From contig JAXMNT010000041.1 in NCBI GenBank assembly GCA_034670305.1, forward strand, positions 1 through 64,000: 64,000 nucleotides of DNA, written 5' to 3'. This DNA is from Deltaproteobacteria bacterium. Lineage in GTDB: Bacteria; Myxococcota_A; Polyangia; Polyangiales; Houyiibacteriaceae. Position numbers and translations under genes: made by a program. Shown here piece by piece: positions 46,353 to 56,375 of this stretch (the first letter of the stretch is position 1; the number at the start of each line of letters is the position of its first letter). The notes beneath the pieces are model-generated. The model ran no database searches and had not been told where the DNA came from. It saw only the letters and a list, made by a program, of their open reading frames with translations.

Positions 46353-48770
46353 TTGAGCGCACATCAGACTACATCTGCCCACGGTGACCTGGCCGCGCCT
46401 GTCGCGCGCCGCTGGGAGGTCGTGGGGCTCGTCACCGCCTCGATCGCCATTTTGGCGACCCTTTCGCTCTATTCGTACGACGCACGGGGTGGCGAGAACC
46501 TGGTCGGGCCCGTCGGGTCCGGCGTCGCGGGCATGCTCGTTGGCGCCTTTGGGGTCGCTGGCTGGGTGATCCCGATCGAGTTCGGGTTCATGACCTGGCG
46601 CCTCTTCCGCGGCCGTTCCGCGGTGCTCGGTGTCGCGACGGTGGTCTCGACCTTGGTGATCGTGCTCGTCGGCTGCGGCATGTTGCACCTCGCGCTCTTC
46701 GGGAGCGAAGTCTACGGCGGCCATCTTCCGGGTGGGGTGCTCGGCGAAGTGCTCGGCGAGGTCCTTCGTTCGCTCTTCGGCGACGCCGGCGCGTACGTCG
46801 TGGGCACGACGATCTTGCTCGTCACGATGGTGCTGCGCACGCCGGTGTCGGTCACCGCCACTCTCCGCAAGGGGTGGCAGTGGACGCGCGCGACCGGCGT
46901 CCGTGCGCGCGACGGCGCCAGCGCGGTGCTGGAAGCGTGGCGCGAGGCGCGCGAACTCGAGCGGCAAGAGCGCGAAGAACGCGAGCGGGCCGACGCGCCG
47001 CGCATCGTCGACGAAGACACGATCGACTCCATGCTCGACGAGCCCTCGCCCGCCGAGTCCGAAGACGACGCGACCGAAGACGACGTCGAAGAGGTCGAGG
47101 ATCTCGAGGAAGACGAAGCCGAAGACGAAGCGCCGAAACCCAAAGCGAAGAAGAAGTCGAAGAAGGATGAAGGTCCGCGGATCATCGCGCCGAAACCGAC
47201 GCTCCCCAAGGCCAAGAAGCCGACCACCCCGAAGCCGACCCACGGCGCGTTCGAGCTGCCCTCGCTGGACCTCTTGGACGTACAACAGGGCGGACGCATT
47301 CGGATCGACCCAGCCGTTCTGCGCGACAACGCCAAACGGCTGACCGAGAAGCTCGAGTCGTACGGCGTCAAGGGAAGGGTGGATGAGATCCATCCGGGTC
47401 CGGTCGTTACGATGTATGAGTTCGAGCCGAAGAGCGGCACGAAGATCTCGAAGATCGCGGGCCTCGAGAACGACCTCGCGCTGGCGCTCGCCGCACAGAA
47501 GGTGCGCATCGTCGCGCCGATCCCGGGCAAGGCGCGGGTGGGCATCGAGTTGCCGAACGAAGACCGGCAGACCGTGTTTCTTCGGGAGATTCTGGAAGAC
47601 GAGCGCTGGGAGAAGTTCGACGCGAAGCTCCCGATCGCGCTCGGCAAGGACATCGCGGGACAGCCGGTCTACGGCGACCTGGCGAAGATGCCGCATCTGC
47701 TCGTCGCGGGTGCCACCGGCTCAGGCAAGTCCGTCGGATTGAACGTCATGCTCGCTTCGCTTCTGTACAAGAAGACCCCCGAAGAAGTCCGCATGTTGAT
47801 GATCGATCCGAAGGTGGTCGAGTTGAAGATGTTCAACGCGATCCCGCACATGCTGTTGCCGGTCGTCACCGACATGAACAAGGCGTCGCTCGCACTCAAG
47901 TGGGCGGTCGACGAGATGGAGCGCCGCTACCAGCTCTTCGCCGACGCCAGCGCGCGGAACATCTCGAGCTACAACCGGCGGGTCGAGAAGGTCCTCGCCG
48001 GAGACCTCGCGCCCGAGAAGGTGATGCCGCGCCAAGTGGGCAAGATCCGTGGCGTCGACGAGAACGGCACCGTGTCGTGGCACGAGCCGACCGAAGGCGA
48101 GACGGTGACGCCCGTCATGCCGGAGAAGCTGCCGTACGTCGTGGTGGTCGTCGACGAGTTCGCCGACCTGATGATGGTCGCGGCCAAAGACGTTGAAGCG
48201 TGCATCGCGCGCCTCGCGCAGAAGGCGCGCGCTGCGGGCATCCACGTCATCCTCGCGACCCAGCGTCCGAGCGTCGACGTGATCACCGGCATGATCAAAG
48301 CGAACTTCCCGGCTCGGATGGCCTTCAAGGTCAGCCAGCGCGAAGACAGCAAGACCATTCTCGGCCGGGTGGGTGCGCAGAACCTGCTCGGGCGCGGCGA
48401 CATGTTGATGATCCCACCGGGCTCCAGTGATCTCTCCCGCGTGCACTGCGCCTTCGTGAGCGAAGAAGAGGTCGAAGGCATCTGCGACTTCCTGCGCACG
48501 CAGGGCAAACCCGTGTACGACGAGAGCATCCTGCAGCCCCGCGAAGACAGCGGCACAGGCGGCGCGCCGAGCGACGACCCACAGTACGACCAAGCGGTCG
48601 CGGTGGTGGCGCAGGCCGGCTACTGCTCGATCAGCCATCTCCAACGGCAGCTCAGCGTCGGCTACAACAAAGCCGCCAAGCTGGTCGAGCGCATGGAGAA
48701 AGAGGGCGTCATCGGCCCGCCCAGCAAGAAAGCCGGCGGCCGCCGCGAAGTCCTCGTCTCGCCTCTTTAA
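46353..48770 (+). CDS. ftsK: DNA translocase FtsK
   Basis: 4TM N-terminus; PHLLVAGATGSGKS, IDPK, VVVDEFADLM, ATQRPS; gamma domain LQRQLSVGYNKAA. Confidence 0.97.
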   Translation: MSAHQTTSAHGDLAAPVARRWEVVGLVTASIAILATLSLYSYDARGGENLVGPVGSGVAGMLVGAFGVAGWVIPIEFGFMTWRLFRGRSAVLGVATVVSTLVIVLVGCGMLHLALFGSEVYGGHLPGGVLGEVLGEVLRSLFGDAGAYVVGTTILLVTMVLRTPVSVTATLRKGWQWTRATGVRARDGASAVLEAWREARELERQEREERERADAPRIVDEDTIDSMLDEPSPAESEDDATEDDVEEVEDLEEDEAEDEAPKPKAKKKSKKDEGPRIIAPKPTLPKAKKPTTPKPTHGAFELPSLDLLDVQQGGRIRIDPAVLRDNAKRLTEKLESYGVKGRVDEIHPGPVVTMYEFEPKSGTKISKIAGLENDLALALAAQKVRIVAPIPGKARVGIELPNEDRQTVFLREILEDERWEKFDAKLPIALGKDIAGQPVYGDLAKMPHLLVAGATGSGKSVGLNVMLASLLYKKTPEEVRMLMIDPKVVELKMFNAIPHMLLPVVTDMNKASLALKWAVDEMERRYQLFADASARNISSYNRRVEKVLAGDLAPEKVMPRQVGKIRGVDENGTVSWHEPTEGETVTPVMPEKLPYVVVVVDEFADLMMVAAKDVEACIARLAQKARAAGIHVILATQRPSVDVITGMIKANFPARMAFKVSQREDSKTILGRVGAQNLLGRGDMLMIPPGSSDLSRVHCAFVSEEEVEGICDFLRTQGKPVYDESILQPREDSGTGGAPSDDPQYDQAVAVVAQAGYCSISHLQRQLSVGYNKAAKLVERMEKEGVIGPPSKKAGGRREVLVSPL

Positions 48771-48775
48771 TTGCG

Positions 48776-48811
48776 CTACGGCCCTGGCTCGCTTCGCGAG
48801 ACTGGCGGGCC
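48776..48811 (+). repeat. dispersed REP-like repeat, family A, copy 2
   Basis: CTACGGCCCTGGCTCGCTTCGCGAGACTGGCGGGCC. Confidence 0.7.
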
Positions 48812-49010
48812 TAATTCGGCGTCCAGAGCACCTTCACGTGCTCGCCGCCCAAGCATTTGGACGCACTGAAGGAGCGATGGGAACAACTGGCGGCTGCGCG
48901 CGGTGAAGGCACTCCCGCCGCCTCTATGACGCGGGGAGTGCACCAGTTGCTCGGCCTGCGGGCTGCGCAGGTGCACCAGTGGAGATGCCTGACTCGCTGG
49001 CGCTGTTCGA

Positions 49011-49040
49011 GGCCTGGCTCGCTTCGCTCGACTGGCGGGG
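49011..49040 (+). repeat. dispersed REP-like repeat, family A, copy 3
   Basis: GGCCTGGCTCGCTTCGCTCGACTGGCGGGG. Confidence 0.65.
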
Positions 49041-49064
49041 CTGCGTTCTGCCGGACGGCCCGGT

Positions 49065-50105
49065 TCAGTCTCGGTCTTCTTGGGTGCCGTCGGCGTGGAT
49101 GGCGAAGCGGCCTTTGTCGCGGGGGTGCACCGGGGCGTTGGCGGGCCAGGGCCAGCCTCCGAACTGGGTGCGCTGGTAGTCGCGCATCGCGTCCTGCAGC
49201 TCGGCGTGGGTGTTCATCACGAACGGTCCGTGGTGCGCCACCGGTTCGCCGATCGGCCGACCCTGGAGCATGAGCACCTCGGTCTCCACATCGCCGGCCC
49301 GAAGCTTCGCCGGCACGTTCGGTTCGATCTGAACCGCGCGTTCGAGCGGGATCGACGCCCCCTCGATCTCCAAGGCGCCGCGGAAGAAGTAGAGGGTGCG
49401 GTTCACGTTCGACGGCCCGGCCGGCAACGTCCACTCGGCGCCCGGCTGCATTCGAATCGTCCACACTGCCACGTGCGCATCCGGTCGCGCTGCCCAGCTG
49501 TGCGGCGGCGGCGAAGCAGCGGCGAATGTCTCGCCGTCGATCGACACCGAACCGGCGAACACCTCCACCGTGGTCTCGCGCCCTTGCGCGTCGCGGTGCA
49601 CCGGCCGCGGGGTCTCTTCGGTCCACAACATCTTGAAGTGGGGCTCGACGAACTTGTCCTCCGCGGGCAGGTTCAACCAGATCTGAAAGAGCTCCGCCGG
49701 GTTGTCCTGGTCGCGGTTCCGAAGCGGGAACATCTCCGAGTGCACGATGCCGGCGCCCGCGGTCATCCACTGGGTGTCGCCCCGGCCGAAGCGCGCGGTC
49801 GCGCCGAGGGAGTCGGCGTGGTCGATGAAGCCGCTCCGGGCCACGGTGATGGTCTCGAAGCCCCGGTGCGGGTGCCGCGGAAATCCCGGCACCACGTCGC
49901 CGTGGTACATGCGCCAACCGTCCTTCAGCTCGAAGTCCATGCCGAGGCGCCGTCCGGCGAGGCTGGCGTCGGGACCCATCGCTTCGTTCCCCCGCGGATA
50001 GGCGTCCGCGTGATGCACGCAGAAGAGAAACGGGTCGAAGGTCTTCCATGGAAAACCGAGCGGGTGGATGGCGCGTACGATCGACATGCGGGGATCGTCG
50101 GGCAT
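49065..50105 (-). CDS. pirin family protein
   Basis: DPFLF, FPRHPHRGFETIT, HADSLG, QWMTAGAGIVHSE, QIWLNLP, GPFVMNT. Confidence 0.95.
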   Translation of the reverse strand: MPDDPRMSIVRAIHPLGFPWKTFDPFLFCVHHADAYPRGNEAMGPDASLAGRRLGMDFELKDGWRMYHGDVVPGFPRHPHRGFETITVARSGFIDHADSLGATARFGRGDTQWMTAGAGIVHSEMFPLRNRDQDNPAELFQIWLNLPAEDKFVEPHFKMLWTEETPRPVHRDAQGRETTVEVFAGSVSIDGETFAAASPPPHSWAARPDAHVAVWTIRMQPGAEWTLPAGPSNVNRTLYFFRGALEIEGASIPLERAVQIEPNVPAKLRAGDVETEVLMLQGRPIGEPVAHHGPFVMNTHAELQDAMRDYQRTQFGGWPWPANAPVHPRDKGRFAIHADGTQEDRD

Positions 50106-50202
50106 CGCGCGAAGAACGCAACCAACCCGACGCGCGTCTCCTCACGCGTGAGGCGAGCGACCGCCGCGTGCCCACCGCCTCGCGGCTGTGCTAACGCCAC
50201 CG

Positions 50203-51168
50203 ATGGCCACTTCCAAAACCATGCGCCTGGTCTTCGTCATGGACCCGGTCGGCACCGTCATCGTCGACGAGGACACGTCGTTCGCCCTGATGTTCGAAGC
50301 GCAGTCGCGCGGGCATCGGGTGGACCATTGTCTGCCGCGGGACGTGGAGTTGCTTCAGGGCCGAAGCCGCGCGGCGGTGCGGCAGGCAACCATGAGCCGC
50401 GATGCGGGCACGTCGCCGATCGTGCTCGGGGAAGAAGAGCTCGTGGACCTGGCGGATGTCGACGTGGTGTTCATTCGGAAGGATCCGCCCTTCGACGACG
50501 ACTACATGTGGCTCTCGCTCGTGCTCGAGCCGGTGCGGGGCACGACGCTCGTGGTCAACGATCCACGCGGCCTGCGGGACGCGAACGAGAAGCTCTACGC
50601 CTGTCACTTTCCAGAGCACATGCCGCCGACGTTGGTCAGCGCGCACAAGGGCCGCATCAAAGAATTCTTGGCCGACATCGGCGGCAAGGGCGTCATCAAG
50701 CCGGTCGACGGGCACGGCGGGCACGGCATCTTCAAGCTCGGCCTCGACGACCCGAACCTCAACGCCTGCATCGAGACCGTGACACTCGCAGGCCGACGTC
50801 TGGCGATGGTGCAGGGGTTCCTCGAGGCGGTTACCGAAGGGGACAAGCGGATCCTCTTGCTCGATGGCGAACCGCTCGGGGCGATCTTGCGCGTCCCTCA
50901 AGGCGGGGATCTGCGCGGCAACATCCATGTGGGTGGCAAGGTCGTGGCGACGGAGATCGACGCCGCTGACCGGGCGATCATCGCGGCGGTGGCGCCGCGG
51001 CTCCGGGCGGATGGCCTGGTGTTCGTCGGACTGGACGTCATCGGCGGCAAACTCACCGAGGTGAACGTCACGAGTCCAACCGGGATCCAGCAGATGTCCC
51101 GCCTCAGCGGCAAGAACTGCGAAGCCCCCGTGCTCGACTGGCTGGAAACCCGAGCCGCCGCGCTCTGA
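50203..51168 (+). CDS. gshB: glutathione synthetase
   Basis: VMDP, RKDPPFD, NEKL, KPVDGHGG, GDKRILL, RGNIHVGG, EVNVTSPTG. Confidence 0.95.
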   Translation: MATSKTMRLVFVMDPVGTVIVDEDTSFALMFEAQSRGHRVDHCLPRDVELLQGRSRAAVRQATMSRDAGTSPIVLGEEELVDLADVDVVFIRKDPPFDDDYMWLSLVLEPVRGTTLVVNDPRGLRDANEKLYACHFPEHMPPTLVSAHKGRIKEFLADIGGKGVIKPVDGHGGHGIFKLGLDDPNLNACIETVTLAGRRLAMVQGFLEAVTEGDKRILLLDGEPLGAILRVPQGGDLRGNIHVGGKVVATEIDAADRAIIAAVAPRLRADGLVFVGLDVIGGKLTEVNVTSPTGIQQMSRLSGKNCEAPVLDWLETRAAAL

Positions 51169-51211
51169 CTCTGGGGGCAGAATGGGGTAGAAGGGCGCGA
51201 CGGGATATTTC

Positions 51212-53368
51212 GTGACGCGCACACACTTCCAACACACCGCTCTTTGCCTCCTCGCCCTCAGCTTCACCACGGGCTGTCCACCCAAGGCCCTCCAGCTGGA
51301 CGCGAGGACCACGCCGACCTTCCAGACCGGCAACTTCTCCCGTGAGATCCGCACCCTCACGGATCTGGACACGGTGCGGGACATCGCCAGCGAAGGCACC
51401 ACGGTCTACGTCGCCACCGACCGCGGCCTGCTCGTCTACCCCGAAGGCTCCCGCCCGACCCGCATCGTCGATGGCATCGGTCCCGATGTGCGCGCCGTCT
51501 CCGTGAGCGCGCAGGGCGTGGCGATCGCCGCGTCGGCCACCGGCCTCTTCTCCTTCCGCGGCACCGAACCGGGCGCCGCGCTCTCCGAGCCCCCCGTCGG
51601 CGATGTGGTCGCCCTCCACACCGACCTCGAAGGCACCGTCTGGGCCTGCGGAGACCTCGGCGTGGCCCGCCTTCGGTCCGGCGCCGGGTGGGAAGGCTAC
51701 GGCGAACCCGCGCAGTGCACCGGCCTGTGGCCGACCCCGGAAGGACGCCTCTGGATCGGCACCACCCGCGGGCTCTGGTACCAGGACGCCGAAGACGTCA
51801 TCCGCGAGCACGGCGAGAGCCGCGGCATTCCCGCCGGCTGGGTCGTCGGTGTCGTGCCGGCGCAGCCCGGCCAGGCGTTCGTCCTCGTGCAGAACACCAG
51901 CGAGGCGTACCTCGGCTGGTTCGATGGCAACCGCTGGTACGGCTACACGATCCCCGAGTTCGAACCGCATGTGGTCGGCCTCTCGCGGCGCGGCGCCGAC
52001 GCAGTCCTCGTCACCCGGCAGCACGCCTACGTCATCCAGGACGCGGCGCGCGGCGCAGGCGTTCCGCTTCGGGCCCTCAGCCGCGGCGACCGCAACCGCG
52101 TGCTCAGCTACGGCGCGCGCATCACCACCGGCGACAACCCGAACACGAGCGAACCGCTCCCCGCCCGCGGTCCAGTGCGGCTCGCCGCGGTGCCGCCGAA
52201 CCACCCGAGCATCGAAGCGCCTGGCTTCGTCGCGTCGCCCCTGACCGAAGCCGGTCAGGCCGTCTACCTCGTGCGCCAGGTCGGCGGCACGACCTACGTG
52301 GCCGACCGCAACCAAGGCGTCGCGGTGCTCGGCACGGGCGTCGAAGGCGCGCCCGAACCCCGGCGTCTGCGCAGCCAGGATCTGGTCGCGCAGCGGGATC
52401 TGCAGGTCGTGAGCGATGAGCGGGGCAACACCTGGATCCTGACCGACGACGGCGTCATCGGCCGGTTCCGCGACGGCATCCTCCAGAAGATGGACGCACC
52501 GGCGCAGGCGGGGTCTCCGCAGGCCATCGCCTCGGCGCGGCGCGGCGTCTACGTGGCGACCCGCAGCGGCAACCAGGTCTCGATCTTCCGCTGGGCGACC
52601 GACCAGTGGGAGCTCGCCGCGCGGCGCACCCTCTTCGAGACGACCGGTGCACCAGAAGCCGCACCGGCGGCTCCCGAAGCCGAGGCCGCCGCACCGAGCG
52701 GTACCCAGCTGGCGTCGGTCCCGATGCTCGGCGTGACCGACGACGAGACCTTCTGGGTCGCCGTGCGCGTCGGCACCGAAGAGCGCGCCCGCCCGCGCGG
52801 CGTCGCCGTGTTCTCCGGCGCCGAAGGTCCGGTCGTCTACCACCACCACGGCAGCAACCCCGCCACCGATGGCGAGGGATCGCTTCAGCTCATCGACGAC
52901 ATCGGCAACATCGATCTCAACGAGAGCGGCATGGCGTGGTTCAGCACCCTCAACGGCGCGGTCCGCCTCGGCAACCACCAGGCGGTCGTGTTCGGCGAAG
53001 CCCGCGGGGTGCGTGGTGAGGTCGTCAGCGACGTCTTGGTGGGCGGCGAAGGCCGCGTCTGGGTCGCGGCGGCCGAAGGCCCTGGTTACTACTTCAACCG
53101 CGCGTTCGAGTTCCGGATGCCCGCCGCGGTCCGGGCCGCCCGTCCAATCGCGTTGGCGCTCGACGCCACCGGCCACGTCTGGGGCGCGGGACCCAACGGC
53201 CTCGTGCAATACGATGGGTCCAACTGGTCCATTTATGGAAACGACAGCGGCCTTCCGACGACCGAGCTGGTCGACATCGAGGGCGATGCCGCCGGCAACC
53301 TCTGGCTGCTCGGCCGAGACCAGGTCGTGCTGCTCGGACCTCCGCGTCGCGCGACCGCACCCGAATGA
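51212..53368 (+). CDS. large beta-propeller lipoprotein (two-component-regulator-propeller-like blades)
   Basis: Lipobox TTGC; repeated W.GT..GL / D..GNLW blades, SGLPT. Confidence 0.8.
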   Translation: MTRTHFQHTALCLLALSFTTGCPPKALQLDARTTPTFQTGNFSREIRTLTDLDTVRDIASEGTTVYVATDRGLLVYPEGSRPTRIVDGIGPDVRAVSVSAQGVAIAASATGLFSFRGTEPGAALSEPPVGDVVALHTDLEGTVWACGDLGVARLRSGAGWEGYGEPAQCTGLWPTPEGRLWIGTTRGLWYQDAEDVIREHGESRGIPAGWVVGVVPAQPGQAFVLVQNTSEAYLGWFDGNRWYGYTIPEFEPHVVGLSRRGADAVLVTRQHAYVIQDAARGAGVPLRALSRGDRNRVLSYGARITTGDNPNTSEPLPARGPVRLAAVPPNHPSIEAPGFVASPLTEAGQAVYLVRQVGGTTYVADRNQGVAVLGTGVEGAPEPRRLRSQDLVAQRDLQVVSDERGNTWILTDDGVIGRFRDGILQKMDAPAQAGSPQAIASARRGVYVATRSGNQVSIFRWATDQWELAARRTLFETTGAPEAAPAAPEAEAAAPSGTQLASVPMLGVTDDETFWVAVRVGTEERARPRGVAVFSGAEGPVVYHHHGSNPATDGEGSLQLIDDIGNIDLNESGMAWFSTLNGAVRLGNHQAVVFGEARGVRGEVVSDVLVGGEGRVWVAAAEGPGYYFNRAFEFRMPAAVRAARPIALALDATGHVWGAGPNGLVQYDGSNWSIYGNDSGLPTTELVDIEGDAAGNLWLLGRDQVVLLGPPRRATAPE

Positions 53369-53375
53369 CCCGACC

Positions 53376-55181
53376 ATGACCCCCTCGCTCCCCCCCGGCC
53401 GAACGTTCGCTTGGCTCGCGCTCTTGCTCGCGTGTGCCTCCGTCGGATGGCCGGGCGAGGATGTGTCTGGTCAGACGGTTCCGTCCGCAGAAACGCTTTC
53501 GGCAGCAGAGACCTTTCAAGCCCAGTACGGCGAGTTCGCGGTGTCCGCGGATCATCCGGACGCTTCCGAAGCCGGCGCGCAGATCCTCGCTGCGGGCGGC
53601 AACGCGGCGGACGCCGCCGCCGCGACCATGCTCGCGCTCGGGGTCGCCAACCCGGCTTCGAGCGGACTCGGGGGCGGAGGCTTCGCGCTCTATTACGACG
53701 CGGCCAGCGGCGAGCTCACCTTCCTCGACTTCCGCGAGCGCGCGCCAGCCGCCTCGACGCCCGATCTCTACGAAGGCCGCGAACCGCCGATGCCGGGGCG
53801 CGCCAACGCGGCGTCTCAAGTCGGCGGTCTCTCGAGCGGCGTGCCGGGCGAGCCGGCCGGGGTCGAAGCGCTGGTACGCCGCTTCGGCAAACTGGATCTC
53901 GCGCGGGTCACCGCACCGGCGATCGCACTCGCGCAGCGTGGCGTCGCGGTGTCGGCGCCGCTGGCGCGCATGGCCGGCGGGTTCGGCGATCAGATGCGTC
54001 GCGACCGCGTGATGCGAACGTGGTTCGAGGGCGGCGGCATGGAGGAGGGCGCCACGCTTCGGCGGCCAGCGTTGCTTCGCGCGTTGCAAGCCTTCGCCCG
54101 CCGCGGCGCGCGCGGGCTCTACGAAGGCCGCATCGGCGCCCAGATCGTGCGCGAGAACCGCGCGGCCGGCGGCATCTTCACCGCCGCCGATCTGCGCGAC
54201 TACACGGTTGTCGACCGCACCCCACTCGAAGCCAACCACTTCGGTCTGCGCTGGGTGACCGCGCCTCCACCGAGCGCCGGTGGGTTCACGATGCTCCAGA
54301 GCCTCGCGATCCTCGAGCGGCTGCCCGCCCGCTGGCGACCGATGCAAGACGCGCACTTGCAGACCGAGACCCACGCGCGCCTGCTGCACGCGATGGCGGA
54401 GTCCTGGAAGGGACCGTTCCAGGATCGGCAGCGCTACTTCGGCGATCCCGACCACGTCACCTTGCCGCTCGCGCAGATGATGCAGGACGCGCGCCTCGAT
54501 GCGCGTGCGCGCGCGTTTCATCCGGGGCTCGCGATGCCGCCCTCGGACTACGACCAACCGCTGCGCGCACCCGACCCCGTCGTGCAGAGCGACAACGCCG
54601 GCACGAGCCACCTGTGCGTCGTCGACGCGGAGGGCAACGTCGCCGCCGTCACCACGACCGTGAACTTGCCCTTCGGCGCGCGCTACACCGCCGGCGGGCT
54701 CGTGATGAACGACGAGATGGACGACTTCGCGCGTGCGGTCGGCGAGGCGAACGCCTTCGGTCTGGTCGGCGGCGCACCGAACCTGCCGGGTCCCGGCAAA
54801 CGTCCGGTGTCGACCATGTCGCCGACCATCGTCTTCGACGCACACGGACCGGTGATGTGCATCGGCGCGTCGGGCGGCAGCCGCATCGTGACCGCCACCC
54901 AGCAAGTGGCGATGAACGCGCTTCTGCTCGGCATGGACGCGGGCGAGGCCATCGTCGCGCCGCGGGTCCATCACCAGGCGTCGCCGAACCAGCTCCGCAG
55001 CGAGACCTTCGCGGAGCTCGCGCCCGAGACCATTGCGGCGCTCACCGCGCGCGGCCACGTCCACGAACCGATCCACAACGTGGCCACGGTCCAGCTGATT
55101 CACATCCTGCGGGCGGGCGGGACTCGGCGGCTTCACGCCGCCGGCGATCCCCGCAAGAGCGGCCGCCCCGCCGGGCGCTAG
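53376..55181 (+). CDS. ggt: secreted gamma-glutamyltransferase
   Basis: Signal peptide; GGNAADAA, SSGLGGGGF, DFRERAP, GTSHLCVVD, NDEMDDF, PGKRPVSTMSP, DPRK. Confidence 0.95.
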   Translation: MTPSLPPGRTFAWLALLLACASVGWPGEDVSGQTVPSAETLSAAETFQAQYGEFAVSADHPDASEAGAQILAAGGNAADAAAATMLALGVANPASSGLGGGGFALYYDAASGELTFLDFRERAPAASTPDLYEGREPPMPGRANAASQVGGLSSGVPGEPAGVEALVRRFGKLDLARVTAPAIALAQRGVAVSAPLARMAGGFGDQMRRDRVMRTWFEGGGMEEGATLRRPALLRALQAFARRGARGLYEGRIGAQIVRENRAAGGIFTAADLRDYTVVDRTPLEANHFGLRWVTAPPPSAGGFTMLQSLAILERLPARWRPMQDAHLQTETHARLLHAMAESWKGPFQDRQRYFGDPDHVTLPLAQMMQDARLDARARAFHPGLAMPPSDYDQPLRAPDPVVQSDNAGTSHLCVVDAEGNVAAVTTTVNLPFGARYTAGGLVMNDEMDDFARAVGEANAFGLVGGAPNLPGPGKRPVSTMSPTIVFDAHGPVMCIGASGGSRIVTATQQVAMNALLLGMDAGEAIVAPRVHHQASPNQLRSETFAELAPETIAALTARGHVHEPIHNVATVQLIHILRAGGTRRLHAAGDPRKSGRPAGR

Positions 55182-55210
55182 GACCGCCTCGCTCGCGGAC
55201 CGAACACGCG

Positions 55211-55651
55211 TCAGCGAATGCGGGCGCTTCGCAGGTACCAGCGCTCGCCATGCTTGCGCAGCTCGAAGGTGACATCCATCAGCCCGCGCGGTCCGCGCAG
55301 ACGCACGCCCACCTGCCCGGCGTCGTCTTGCACCCGCACCGAGTGCTGCACGAGCTCCAGTTCCTGTCCAAGGTACGGCGCCAGAGTCTCGCGCGCGAGC
55401 GCGCCGAGCTCCGCGTCGTCGCCTTCCCCGAACCACTCGTTCTGATCCGGCGCGCGCAGCTCCACCTCTTCGTGCCGCGTGGAGATGAAACTCAGCGCAT
55501 CGTCGATGCGCCCGGTCTCGATGTCGCCACTGATGGCATCCACGAACGCCTCGAGCCGCTCCTCGTCCGTGACGAAGAGCGCGTCCGCCACAGCGGAGAG
55601 TCCGAGGAGCACGGCGACGGCGATGGAGAGGGTGACGGCGATTCTGCGCAT
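55211..55651 (-). CDS. small membrane-anchored hypothetical protein (possibly NTF2-like)
   Basis: N-terminal TM, FVTDEERL, C-terminal strands ending FELRKHGERWYL. Confidence 0.65.
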   Translation of the reverse strand: MRRIAVTLSIAVAVLLGLSAVADALFVTDEERLEAFVDAISGDIETGRIDDALSFISTRHEEVELRAPDQNEWFGEGDDAELGALARETLAPYLGQELELVQHSVRVQDDAGQVGVRLRGPRGLMDVTFELRKHGERWYLRSARIR

Positions 55652-55870
55652 GCCCGGGTGCAATGCAGCCCGCGTACCAACGCCTCCGCCCCATCCGCGA
55701 GGCCAGATCTCGGAGTCGGCGGGTCCTCCCGCGCTGACACAATGTCAGCCACCGCGAACCCGCCGCGCGGCGTTTGACAAAATGGTCGTGGGAGGGCGCA
55801 CGCAGTTCGCGACGCATGGGCGGCCACTCGCGCGTCCGCGAGGCCGGAGTTGGGGTATGATGGTTGGAGG

Positions 55871-56371
55871 ATGAGTGACGCCAGACCAGCTCAGCGACGG
55901 TCTCCGGTCCGGGTGTTCACCCGCGCGGGCTGGATCGAGGGCAAACTGCACGTGCCCGAGTCGATGCCCTTGCTCGACTTCCTCAACTCGAAGAACACCT
56001 TCTTCAACCTCACCGACGTTCGCATCGGTGGAGACACGAAGCTCAAGTTCCTCGCGCTCTCGCGGGCGGGCATCGTGTTCGTGGAGCCCACCACCGAAGA
56101 GAAGATCGAGGCGATGCTGCGGACGAGCAGCCGGACCAAACTGCGGCAGGTCAGCTGTCTGTTCGACGGCGGCATGGTGATGGGCACGCTGGCGATCGGC
56201 GCGGACCACCGCGTCTCGGACGACTTGATGGCGAGTCAGGACTTCGTCTTGCTCGGCAACTGCACGGTTGGTGTCGACGACCACGGCACCCCTGGCCAGC
56301 CGAAGATGGAATCGGTGACGTCGTTGTTGTTCCAGACGACCCACCTGGTCGCTGTCGCCGAGATGGGGTAG
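55871..56371 (+). CDS. protein with two tandem DUF6812-like domains
   Basis: V..T....IEGKLHV..LDFLN..FFNLTDV pattern repeated as MGTLAI..RVSDDL..FVLLGNC. Confidence 0.65.
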   Translation: MSDARPAQRRSPVRVFTRAGWIEGKLHVPESMPLLDFLNSKNTFFNLTDVRIGGDTKLKFLALSRAGIVFVEPTTEEKIEAMLRTSSRTKLRQVSCLFDGGMVMGTLAIGADHRVSDDLMASQDFVLLGNCTVGVDDHGTPGQPKMESVTSLLFQTTHLVAVAEMG

Positions 56372-56375
56372 CGCG

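Noticed and set aside
46134-47696. N-terminal extension of the 1055-aa ORF
   Set aside because: Antisense shadow of ftsK; the protein-like sequence begins near 46133.
48812-49010. Small gene between ftsK and pirin
   Set aside because: Short ORFs in several frames with no recognisable motif; possibly a remnant but unsupported.
55774-55779. Perfect TTGACA as a -35 element
   Set aside because: No plausible -10 hexamer 16-18 nt downstream; the TATGAT at 55856 is too far away.
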